The translations under genes were made by a program, and so were the position numbers. The notes under the pieces were generated by a model, which ran no database searches, was not told the DNA's origin, and saw only the letters and a list, made by a program, of their open reading frames with translations. Positions 47,854 to 59,700 of a DNA stretch of 62,439 bases are shown here, one piece after another; positions within the stretch are counted from its first letter, which is position 1; each line of letters opens with the position of its first letter. This DNA is from Mayamaea pseudoterrestris (taxonomy: Eukaryota): assembly GCA_027923505.1 (NCBI GenBank), contig BROI01000035.1, positions 186,001 through 248,439 on the forward strand, in the 5' to 3' direction.

Positions 47854-48450
47854 ATGAAGGAAGACTTGATGGAAATGTCTCGCCGCGAGCGCGTCATGCA
47901 GCTGCATGAGAGTCCCTTGTTCATGTCGAATGAATGGGCTATTCAAACAGTCCTTGCAGGAGTCGCCATCACCATCATTGGTTTGCTCATCCTCTACTCG
48001 ACCTTTTCGGCTCTGGTAGAACGCACGACTGTATCAAGCACTCCAGTATTGACCAAGCGTCGATTGGCTTATCAAGCGACGAATCTACTGGTGAATTGCT
48101 TCCTCGGCTTGTCGGGAATATACTGCGAGTTCTTTGTCAAGCCAAGCGACACGCAGCTCCAAGTCGAGCAAGTCATTACAAACTACAATCACTTTCAATT
48201 CTTTGGAAACTTTCAACTCGGATATCAACTTTGGGCCATTCCAGTCGGAATTTGGTGGGTCTCAGAGTCTACTCCCATGCTCATTCATCATTGTGCTACC
48301 ATTCTAGTGGCCACCATGAGCTCCTTCTGCACCAACTCGTTGTTCTACGGACTCTCTCATTGAGATTACAGCGTTCCACTTTCAGTCATGAACACTTTCA
48401 ACCATCCGAGAAACATCCGCTGGTATACTTGGCTGTGCGATTGGTATTTG
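47854..48450 (+). pseudogene. TLC (TRAM/LAG1/CLN8) domain membrane protein, frameshifted and cut off at the LTR element
   Basis: TM helices, GYQLWAIPVG and MLIHH motif. The frame breaks near 48340-48400, and the continuation HPLVYLAVRLVF ends at TGTTGG (48451). Confidence 0.65.
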
Positions 48451-48636
48451 TGTTGGAGAACTGACCGAACTAAGTAGACAGAACAGAGTCAATAAAACCA
48501 CTTTACTTATTTTCTCCAAGAAGTGATCGTCCTCGATCCACTCCTTCGGTTGCCGCTTACCGCGCTTACTTAAATGTGACCGTCTTCGTGACGTCACCGC
48601 TGCCGCTTCGGTTTGGGTTCTCATCCATGCTCAACA
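48451..48636 (-). repeat. 3' LTR (186 bp)
   Basis: The sense strand begins TGTTGAGC and ends TCTCCAACA. 48479-48636 is identical to 53495-53652. The pol ORF runs into it. Confidence 0.85.
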
Positions 48637-51600
48637 CACTCCTTTGGGCCGAGTAGTACTTACTGCTCGAGGCCAGATTCATAACCAGGTTGCGGAGCTT
48701 GCCAAACTGGGCTCCCTGCAATGGTTTCGTGAAGAAATCCGCGACCATGTCTCCGGTCGGACAATGCTCAATGTTGACTTCACCAGCTGCCACGCGATCT
48801 TTCACAAAGAAGTACCGAACATTCATGTGTCGCGTGCGCTTTGTACTTGAGCTTCTGCCATTCTTTTCCAACAGCATTGAACTCATATTGTCTTGATACA
48901 ATTTCGTGTCTTTGACCCCGAAACCTTGCGCCTTCAGAAAATATCCTGTCCACAGCAACTGCGGTAGCACATCATGAACTCCCACAACTTCGCTCTCCGT
49001 CGAGCTTCTTGTTACCAACTTCTGTTTAGCCGACGTACTGTACACTGATCCTTGGCCAAGTGTCATTGTTCCACCAGTGTGACCCTTCATGTCTGGGTGC
49101 ACCGCGTACGACGCATCCACCCACCACTGGACTATCCCGGACTGGTCCGCCTTCAGCGTCAACACCATGTCCACGCTTCCGCGTAAATATTTAATCACTC
49201 TTGCAGCCTTCTTATAGTCGTCTTCGTCAGGCTGCTGCAGCCTCGTGCTCAAGAAAGAAATCGCTGTGCGAATATCCGGTCGCGCTCGCTGACTCAGATA
49301 CAGACACTGCATCACAATCGTCACAAAAATCTGCTTCTTCGCTTCGCTCAACATGACAGGATTTTCCGATATCTGAAACAAGTGACTGGCTGCCGGAGTA
49401 GCTGCCGTTCCATCCATGTCGTCTGGCGCATGATGCAGGATGTTCTTCACATAGTCAACCATGTTGATTGCTACTTCTCCAGGCTTAGTATAGTCCAATA
49501 CCATGCCGAGGTAGTCGTGCACTTTTCCGCGTGACTTATTCATTGGAGTCTCCTTGCCAAACTCCTCATCCATCTGCGCGATGAACTCATCCACTACGCT
49601 CACGTCGACGTGCGAAATCTTCAAATCGTCCACGTGCCATCCCACGGTGATTTGCTTCCCATTGACAATCTTGTTGCACACACACGGATCGTACGGGTTC
49701 TTCTCGAAGCCCCACTCAAGCAATTTTGCGGACAACTTCTCCCAGAATAGTCGCGCTGCTCGAAGCGTACCATAAAGCGCCATGAGTAATTCAACATACA
49801 TGACTTTCTCGCCATTCTCCATTGTGACGCAAGGCTCGTACATCTCGCGATCAATTTCCAACAGTAGCTCCACCATCTTCCCAGTGAAACGAACGTGCAC
49901 CAACTCATCCATTTCCGCTTGCATGAAAGCACCCGGTACATCAACCACAGCAACCTCGCGCCCTTCCATAGCGTCAATGATAGCTGTCAGAAAGATGGCC
50001 TCTGTCGCTATCGTTGGAGATGCTGCGTCTTCCTTTGCAGTGTATGCTCGTTGCTTGCGTCCATCCGCGCATCCGCGTCCCTTCACAGTCCCGCATCTCT
50101 TGCGCTTGAGAAACATCAAATACGCCAGAGCGTCCTTGCGCTGCTGCGGAGTCAGAGTGCATTGGGGGACTGCCTTCATGACGTGCCTGTCGTGTAGCTG
50201 CTGCATTTCCTTGCGCACTGCCTCCACTCCAGCATCGCCAAAAGCCTTTAAACCTTGTCGCATATTCATCTGTGCCGTGACGAGTGGCTCCGACACTTCC
50301 TCTGCAGCGTCGAGCGTGAACAAATGAGCGAACGAGCGAGGTTTGCGCGCACGCAGGCCATACCGACCAGTGCGTGGGCCGCCAGCGCGCATCGAAATCC
50401 TCTTCGTCTGCAGCAGCTGGCACTCCTTCAATTTCGCCTTCATCGGGCACTCCTTCAATTTCGCCATCATCCACGGCTGGCGCGTCGTCAAGTTCGCCGT
50501 CAATGGCCTCACCATCCTCGTCGTTCGGCACTCCTTCGATTGCGCCGTCAGCACCATCGTCGTCGTCGTCGTCGTCATCGGTCGCATTCACTCCTTCGCT
50601 TCCGCCGGCAGAGTCGTCGTCACCGCGAGAAGCGTCGTCATCATAATCAGAGTCATCATCATCCTCGGCGTCATCTTCGTGCCACATGACTGGCTCAGCA
50701 GCCTCCGCAACACGGTGGCGGTCCATGAACACGATGCCCGGATTGGCCTTCTGTTGACGAGCGAGACGATGCACGCGCTCAATGACATCATCAGGCATGG
50801 GCAAAGGCGTAGCGTGCCCACGATTCAGAACTTTGCCCGAAGACAAACTGAGGAAATAAAACCCACCCTGCACATTACCAGTCGGGCGCAGAGCCAGCGC
50901 ACCGATCGTGCGCGCCTGCATGTCATTGCTGTGCGACTCATGCGTTTGCACATACTGACCAAATTCATACTTGCAATGCCGATTAAAGTCAACTGTCTGA
51001 CCAGTCACAATAGTGCGTGGACTGAGATCCTTCGAAATGCCACGCTCGTTCGGAAACGCATTCAACCAAAACACGGCAGACTTCGTCATTTCGATAACCA
51101 AGCGTGCCGGCACGTGCTTAAATGGCAACGTGTTGTATGTCGCGCGCACCCGTTCTTTCACGACACGGATAAAACGTTCAATTTCGCCAACGTGTTCATC
51201 CTCAGATGTCGCATTGAGCGCCACTCCGAGATCAGCCAACGCGCCAAGCATTGGAGCGAACTCCCCATCCATCAGAGCCGCGACGACACGGAACCCACCG
51301 CGTGCGTAAATCTTCAACACAGACTCGATTGCCTTCAACATAACCGGAAGCGTACGGTTTTGAATCACCTCAACCGTAGCAAAACGAATGCTGCGGGAGA
51401 ACGTCACCAACATAGGGACTTTGTTGATATACATGATGTCAGCACAAAGAGTAACGTCTCGATAGCGACTCATGATAGCCGGTGGAAGCTGCTCAACAAT
51501 CGCAGGCTTCACCAGATGCGACGCGCGACGCGTCGTCTTTCCTTTTAACGAGCCAACATCTGGTCCAAAGATGTGCTCAGCAGCCAGGATGTCGGCCTTC

Positions 51601-53414
51601 GTCACAGGACAGTTCGGCAACTGATTGCTAGTAACGATGCGCAGGTAATCCTTGAGGCTTGGCCGTCCAATTTTGATTTGCAGTTCCCTAGCTCTAACAG
51701 CGCGTAAATAGTCATCATTGGTGTAGTTAGTACGGTTATCGTCTACCGTAGTCAACATCGCCACTCCATCCTTGACATCGCTGCGCTTGCCCTTCGAAAA
51801 GCTCTCGCAAACATACAGCCCAGAGTCAGTCTCGACAAACTCTCGCTGCTTACCATCCGGCTTCTCCACAACGAACATTGGACGATCCACGCCGTGCATG
51901 AGATACTCCACGGTAAACTTCTTGCGGACTTGCGCCAAACTCAAAATGTTCGCCAGTCCCTGCGGATACCACCACACCGGACCATAGCCCTCCAGGTCGC
52001 CCATCATGTTCGTCCTTACTGTACCAGCGTTGCACTTGATCACCATCCACGTTGGCACCGGGCGAATGTTCGTCAGCATCTTGGCGTTGCAGAACAGATC
52101 CACTGTCGACTGATTGTCCAAGAGCACAGCCTTCTTCGAGATGTTCACCTTCGGCGGCTGCGCGAACATGTATCCGACCTCATCGTCGTCATCGCTTTCT
52201 TCCTCGCTACCCAGCGTGAAGTGCTGCGCCCCACTAGCCTCTGCAGCCGGCGCACTCTCCGTAGACTCCGTTCTCGTAGGACAGTCTCGCTGCACATGAC
52301 CAACCTGTTGACAGGTCCAGCATCTGGGAGGGTCACGCGCTGTACCAGTCGTGTGAAACGCCACGCCCTCGTTCGTTGGCAACGTGGCTTCTCCATCCGC
52401 ATGCTCACGACGCTGCATGATGTTGTATGCATCGTGGATCGTCAACGGGAAGTTGTCGTGCCCGTCGAGGTAGCAGTTGCGCAAGTGCTTGCAATACCCA
52501 GCGTATTCGCCCGTTGCGCCACGCACGAAAAGCATCGCAAGCTCGAGCTCTTCGGCGGCCTTGATATCCTCCTTGTTCGCCTTGTTACGATTGTCATCCT
52601 TGGCAATGTTCAACGCCACAATCTCGTTGTGCATCGTGACGCCAACCGCCTTCGCCACGTCTGCCAGCGTGACCATGCTTTCGTAATATTTCTGCAGGCT
52701 TTCGCGCGCTCCTTGAGTACGTCCGAACAACTCAGCTTGAATGTCCACGACTTGATCCACAAGTTTGCAGCGCCCTTCGTACGTATGCGAGATCTCCTTG
52801 ATAATCGCCAGCAACTTAATTCCGTCCGTGTCCTCCTCGGCGTCTCGGAACTTGGCGTGCGACTTGACACGATCCTTCATACGCTCCGTGCATTGTCCAT
52901 GCAACACGGCGTAGAGACCAGCGAGGAAGTCGGAGTATACACGCACGCGCTCGACATGCTCTTTCTTGTCGGCCTTGTATTCCTCGAGCATTATGGACCA
53001 GTCCGAGTCCGTCGTGTCGGCATCCTTCGTTGGACGTGCAGGCTCGTCAGGAATCTCCAGTTCCACGTTGCGCATGCCCTTGAGCAGCTCCTTGGTATAT
53101 TTCTTGTAGGAGCGCCCGACGAAAGTGATGATCTCGTTCGTCGTACGGATGAATCCATCGGGATCGCGCGAACCGTTATAGTCGTAGATGAATCCAGCGA
53201 GCGTCGGCTCGCTTCCTTGGAAATTTCCACTCGGCGCACGACTCGGTCCGTTGAGTCTGTTACCATTGCCTTGATTCCCGGAACGATTCCCAGCACGATT
53301 CCCACGACGATAATGACGGTTGCGTCGGTTTCCTTCGCTTGCTGGCGGAGCGGGAGGTGCACCTCCACCGCTCGACGCCGCTCCTGTCGTCGGAGTATTG
53401 CTCGTCGAAGACAT
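48566..53414 (-). CDS. Gag-Pol polyprotein with one frameshift near 50380
   Basis: Zn knuckle CWTCQQVGHVQRDC (52281-52322), protease LLDNQST, integrase (ADIMYI, MDGEF, EHVGEIERFIRVVKER), RT (VDVPGAF, LYG, WHVDDL) and RNase H (VDASYA, QDN, ADFFTK). The two ORFs join as DAR/x/GPRTGRYGLR if one base is removed. Confidence 0.92.
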
Positions 53415-53441
53415 GTCTTTTCACTCGCTTCTTGGAGAAAA

Positions 53442-53652
53442 TGTTGGATCTAGAATATATCTTGCGCGCCCTTGAAGCGACACTAATGATTAAGCAGAAC
53501 AGAGTCAATAAAACCACTTTACTTATTTTCTCCAAGAAGTGATCGTCCTCGATCCACTCCTTCGGTTGCCGCTTACCGCGCTTACTTAAATGTGACCGTC
53601 TTCGTGACGTCACCGCTGCCGCTTCGGTTTGGGTTCTCATCCATGCTCAACA
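53442..53652 (-). repeat. 5' LTR (about 211 bp if the inner end is the GATCCAACA at 53442)
   Basis: The sense strand begins TGTTGAGC, has the 158-bp shared core, then 53 unique nt ending TCCAACA. Confidence 0.75.
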
Positions 53653-53869
53653 GAGTCATCGATGGGTGCTCGCGGCGGCAACATCCGAATTCTTCGATGC
53701 TTCCACATCAATTCGGTAGTGCCTACAGCACCCATATAAGAATTTACAGCCTGTCATTTACTTCCTGGAGCATTTCACTCGTCAAATCATTTGGAAGATC
53801 ACATTAACGTCCAGCAAGAATGGCATGGTCATGGTGTCATTTCGACATGGTTTAAAACCGCTGCGTTGA

Positions 53870-56706
53870 CGATGTTAAGTGGTGGTACGACGCCACCACG
53901 TCATGTCAGAATTCCATGGAACGCTTTCGCGATCCAGAAAGTGCCACACCATCATCAAGCAACTCCGAAGGTCGTCGAAGAAGAGAGGATCATAACCACC
54001 ATTGAACGCTGGTGAAAGCGAAATTGAAAGTAGAGCGCGGAAGGAGAGACGTGCAGAGCCTTTATACACCGCCACTATAATCAATACAGTGCAGTTAAGC
54101 ATGGCGGCCATTGCAGCAGTCAAAGCAGCATCTATTTCCAATTCTACAGGCTCCATCCTTCAAAGTTCCTACCATTACACCAAATCTATCATTTCTTCCG
54201 TCTGCAACTTTGTCTTGCCCAAATGGACGACGCATTACTACAATGACATGCCAACCCTCGGAGACCTTTGGCATCAGTATATGGAAGGTGAAAACAAGAC
54301 GTCAATTGCTGAAGTCTGGTTGAAGCATTTAGACACCAATGGCGATGGAACCGTCAGTCGGAATGAGCTTATTACCAATATGAATGACATGCTGCAGCAA
54401 TACACGAATTCGAGTCGAGCGAAGGAGTCATGGGCCAAGTGGTTTAGCCGCGAATGGCCGCTGATGGATTGGAAGGTCGGAGTTTTCTTATGGAAGAGTT
54501 TTGGAGGAATTCTCGTTGTCTTGGCTATTTGCTCCGTCACGCCGGGGCGATTGCATGGCATTAGCGCTAAAGTTTTTGCGGTGGCCGCTGCTGGGGCTCG
54601 TTTACTTTTTAATTTGGGTCGAATTGTTGGTGTAACGTCGTTATTCGAATTGGAATCATGTGCGCCGAATATCTCATTGCACGTCCCAAGCATCGCAAAC
54701 TACGCAAACTCATGAAAGCTGCCAGCTATGACGAGTGGCAAATAAACGCCAAGAAGCTCGACGCATCGCAGCATCGTCAAAAGTGGCTGGATCGCGTTGA
54801 CGATGAAACTTCCCACGAGTACAATTGGGGATTTATATTGGAGTTGGTTAAGGATTTGAGGCTGGCGCGAGAGAATAACGATTCCATTCTCGCCTTGGCC
54901 GTTTTGCAGCAATGCACACGCAAAAATGTTGGCGGCATCATGTCGGAAGACTTGTTTAGCTATTCGAATACTGGGGAACCAAAGACGATTGTCAGAAAGT
55001 TTGTCAGCGAAGTAGTGGAGACCCTGCACTGGATCACCGATGGCGCAAGAAGTGTCGAGCAAACCACGAGAGATAATGCAGACATGTCCAGTCGCGAGTT
55101 ACTGGACTATGAGCAGCTTCTCCAAAGCAAAGTGCGCGACGAAAAACCAAGCTTTTTGGTTCGTTGATTGATGCGACGATTCACGACCCGCGTGACATCA
55201 ACGGCGAATACAACGAAAATGGTGACCATTACGATGCGAATGGGCATGGCAGCAGCAGCGGTCATTTAGGGAGGACTTGGCGCCCAATTCAAATGGCGAT
55301 TCTAAACTATGACAGTAATTTCAATAGTAAACCCTTGCCAGTTTTTCATCGAGGACAAGTTCTCATGTTTCTTAAGCGAGCGAGGGGCAGCCTATGGAAG
55401 AACCGCATTTTGCATGTCGGGTGGGGCCATGCTCGTACGTTGTTCAAGAAGAGAATTAAATTGATTGTATTGTATCGATTTCTCAACTGCTCTTTGTCCT
55501 CGTCCGCTTTCGCAGGGTTTATACCACTTCGGAGTCATTTCGGCGCTCCTCGAGGCAGTGTGCTTGCCTCGAATTATCAGCGGCACGTCGGCAGGCAGCG
55601 TCATTGGGGCTATTATATGCACGCGAACCGACGAGGAGCTGAAACGAGACCTGCAGCCAGGCATACTGTCGCAAAAGCTTTGCTGCTTTCGTCGTCCGTG
55701 GAAGGATCGAATCAAGAGCGTATTGCGTAATGGCTGCATGTTTGACGTTGATGAGTGGATGGAACTTATACAATGGTTTTCGCAAGGATCAACAACATTT
55801 TTACGAAGCCATCAGAAGACGGGACGTATTTTTTGCATCACGCTGTCGTCCACGTCCAAAAAGAGTCCACCGGTGCTACTTAATTACCTTACGGCGCCAA
55901 CCGTGACGATTGCCTCGGCAGTGATTGCATCGTCTGCTGTTCCGTGTTTCGTTCCGCCAGTGCGCTTGCAAGTAAACCTTGAAGATGGGTCCGTGCGCGC
56001 AATCAAGGTGGCGAGAAGGAGCAGGCGTTTTGGGATGGTTCGATTCAGCAGGATATTCCGACCCAAGGACTCAGTGGAATGTTAAACTGTCAGTTTTCAT
56101 TGCGTCACAATGTAATCCGCATATCATTCCGTTCTTTTCTAATAGCAAAGGCGGCGTTGGTAGGCCAAGTCGTTGGTCGTCGGGAAAGCAAGAGACGTCT
56201 TACCGGGGAGGTTTTCTTACTGAGCGCACTGGGGATGTATCTGAAGACGGACATGAAGGCGAAAATGTCGTTTCTTAATCAAATGGACGCTGCGGTAGGA
56301 CCGGTGAAAACAATGTTTGTTCAACGCCTAGGCACCTACAATTGTGCCTTCGGTAAAGGCCGATGGATTATACAAAGGTTATTCACGGACCCTAAGGAGG
56401 CCGACTTGGATCACTGCTTTCAAGCTGAGCTGTAGCAGCATATGGGCACATCCCAATGATTAAACTTCACTACATGATTGCGGATGCAATAGAGATGCGT
56501 CGCTCAACTGGAAAATAGGAAGACGGCAAGTCGACGGCCGGAGCCTCGTGCACACCGCTGCGAAAGATCGGATTCTGGTTCCGCGAGCGACTGGGCGGAC
56601 ACTGCTTTCACGGCATTGCAAGCAGTTGCCGATGACGAGGAAGATATTTGATACGCACACGCTGCTTTCTTTCTTAAGCTTCAGTCCTACCTACATCCTA
56701 CAGTAG
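53870..56706 (+). pseudogene. Patatin-like triacylglycerol lipase (SDP1/TGL-type) with an EF-hand; multiply frameshifted, boundaries approximate
   Basis: Fragments include DTNGDGTVSRNEL, AASYDEWQINAKKLD, GLYHFGVISALLE..LPRIISGTSAGS (GxSxG), LLNYLTAPTVTIASAVIASSAVP and FIASQCNPHIIPFF, with a probable intron near 55436-55515. This may be an intact gene with sequence errors. Confidence 0.8.
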
Positions 56707-56766
56707 CGTCATAGTCACTCAATGTAACCTACTTTATTCTGAAATATGCATATATCGTTTGATCGT

Positions 56767-59700
56767 CTACATGTTGTCCCAATCAATTTTCTTGATCTTC
56801 GAATACAGCTTTCCGTCGGCACTCTCCTCGCGAACCACTTGGAAGTACGATTCCGGCATGAAAGCCGGTAAGGGACGCAAGCTCAGTCTTCATCATCACT
56901 CACAAATTCTTCGTCATGCGTAATGAGTATCAACTGGAAATTACGCTGTTGCGATCGCGAAGCAACAATTTGAGCCAACGCAATTGCAAGACCTTTCTTA
57001 TTTTCGTACTGTTGAGATGAAGACGAAAGTGGGAGTGAAAGTGGTCAATCGACATTGCGTGCTGCATCGAGACGTACATCCAAGTTCACCGTTGGCTCGT
57101 CGAGCGCAATGCAGCCGCAATCAATTCCAAAGCTTTCAGCCAGGCCAGGCGGATGACAATGCACTGGTGGTGATGAGAAGCACATATCGTTAGATCAGAA
57201 TTCAACCAATAACACCGCTGACAAGCCAGCGTACAGCAAGAACGCGTTGTCCTGCTGAGCAGCGACCACGCATGTCGGAGTTCTGTAGAGCCTTTCGTCA
57301 TGACGACTCGATAATTATACGACTTCTGGGCGCGTGCACCTGGCTCTTGTCCGCTCTGGATCACGATATTAGTAATGTCTTCGCCCTTGTACGTCATCAG
57401 CCACAGCTCGCGAATGCTTTTGTTGATCTCCGCCAGCTTTTTTTGCGTGAAATTGTAGAAGTGCCGAATCAAGTGCCTGCTGATATTTTTCAGCTCTGCG
57501 GCCGCAATATGCGTCGTCTCATACTTAATAGTTGCCTTGCGGTGTTTCTTGTCAATGTCTCGGTACTCAGGTTGATTGAGCCGTACCGTGAGACTACGAA
57601 TGCGATCGCGAATCTCGAGTATCGACCCTGGGAAAGGTTTCTTCGTCTCGAGAAGTTTAGCTCGTTCGCGTGCTTGAAGGAGTTCATCTCGCGCCGTTGC
57701 ATAATGTTCGATCAGACTTCATTGCTCGTTTCTTGTCTCGCTTGCTCGTAGCGCGGCTAGCTTGTTCTTTTCTTCAATAATTTGAACGTTGTCTGAAGTT
57801 GCCGCTTCCGGCGCTCCTTGTTGTTATAAATATTGCGAAGGTTGTCAAGTATGAGCTGCGACGCGGATACTTTCTCCTTCAAATCTTTAATATGGTCAGC
57901 GTAATTGTCTAGGGTCGAGAGGATGCGTTGGTGCTCCTCGGCCTTGTTAGAGTTTGAGTAAGTTCTCGATCTGATGCGTGATGGTCCCCAAGTGTTGAAG
58001 GCTAGTGTCAAACTCTTGAATGGCGCGATAAGCTTCGACTCTTCTGAGGATCCTTCTTGACGCAAACGCTGCTTCTCGGATTCTCTTTCTTTGACGCGCA
58101 TGCTCAAGGAAGGGATGTCGATCGACCTGAGAAAGGGTGTACTGATAGGTTAGTCGAACGATATTTATAGATGTCGCAATGTCCGACGCAACCATGCTCA
58201 CCTGCTTTTCGCGTTCCGCAAGATTTTTTTGAGTTCAAATCTCATTCTTGCGGTTTCATAGCTCGTTCGGAGTCAGCAAACTTCGTTGCCTTCTCCTTCG
58301 CTCGAGATTCGGCACTCGCCGCCTAGCAAAATAGAGGATTGGAATGTTGGTGTTGTGCACATACAGACACGAAATCCACGCGCTTGAGTACTTGCCTGTT
58401 GTGCCGTTTGCGAAATGAGCTGGTTTAGCTTCGTTGCTTCGTGATTTAAACCAGTCTTTTTGCTACTGAGACGATCGATTTCTTCAGTGACGGCCGTATA
58501 CTCGCGGTCGACCGTGCGTCGATCACGGACACTTGCCGATGACTGATTGAGAATAGCCAGATCCTTGCGCTTGCTATGAATTGTCATCGCTTTTTGACCA
58601 ATACGCAGCGACGTATCCTTCCACCGATCTGAAGCTTTTGCAAGTTCCTCCAAGTCGACAGCTTCTGCCCTTATCCTCCATCTCATCTTTGGCTCGAGCA
58701 AGAATGTGCGAAAGCAAATTGACCTCACCGTCCAACGATTGGTTGTCGCTCTCGCGAGCTTTTAGTTCGGATTGCAAGTCGACATAATTTTGGATAGCAG
58801 AGCTATGTTTATCAATGGTCAATCGCCAGGATTGATACTCCGACTTCGCTGCTACGCGCTCCTCGGCCAAATCGGAAAGCAATGGAGAATTGTCGGACCA
58901 CAAGAGCTTTCCCCGGTCTGAATATGTTCGAAGTTTTTCCGGCGTATCGAGCTTCTGTTCACAGCATGGACAAACTGGATTGTTCGAATTGGCCAACTTG
59001 AAAAGCCTTTTCCTGTAAGGTAATCAAAACTTGACATGAGAGGATGACTGGAACAACAACTGGGCGCATGCGCGTGCGACTTACATCACAGACTTGATAA
59101 CGCTTGTCCGGTTGATGCAAGCAGCTGTCATTTATATCTTCAATCTTCTCATCAATGAGCTTGCGAAGTGCAGTGAGTTCATTTTCCATTTAAAAGTACG
59201 CCAGGGTTGTCCTCTCGCAATTTTTCGACAACAGCTCGAACTTTTACAACTCGCTCCTTCGCTAACATTCTTCTGCTGCTCAAGAACTTGAAGGTTTTGA
59301 CGAATCGTGCGAAGCGCCCAGCTCTTCTCGGCGAACGCGCTCTCTTGTTTGTTGTAGGCACTGGTGGCCATCCCAAGCCGGTCTTGCGCATCGTTAAACT
59401 TGTCACGAATCTCGATTCCCATTTGTTCAACAGCATCGACAACAGCCTGACCGTCACCGCTCATCTTTGGCAGCTTTTCTAAGTCCTGTAAGTTAAAACG
59501 ACAGAGAAGACTTGAGGTAGTCCTTGACTGACTCTTCCTAACGTCTCATATTCGCGGCAAGCTCCTCATCCAGCGTCGCAATGGCCGTGTGCATGCTTCC
59601 GCGGATTCTTGTAGAGCGTCAAGCTCAACCTTGATGTCGTTTGTTTGCGCTAAGCTCTTCCACCTTGTCCTCGATCTGACGGATTTCAATTTCAATATTC

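Larger units (their letters stand above)
48451..53652 (-). mobile_element. Ty1/copia LTR retrotransposon, diatom CoDi-like
   Basis: TGTTG...CAACA termini, 158-bp identical direct repeats, gag-PR-IN-RT-RH order and a purine tract AAAGGAGTG abutting the 3' LTR. Confidence 0.95.

Noticed and set aside
50370..50395. Programmed ribosomal frameshift between the copia IN and RT ORFs
   Set aside because: There is no slippery heptamer at the switch, removing one base restores a continuous polyprotein, and the surrounding region is indel-prone.
50343..53453. Long antisense ORFs (401 and 519 aa) over gag-pol
   Set aside because: They have no recognisable motifs and are the expected shadows of GC-rich, codon-biased coding sequence.
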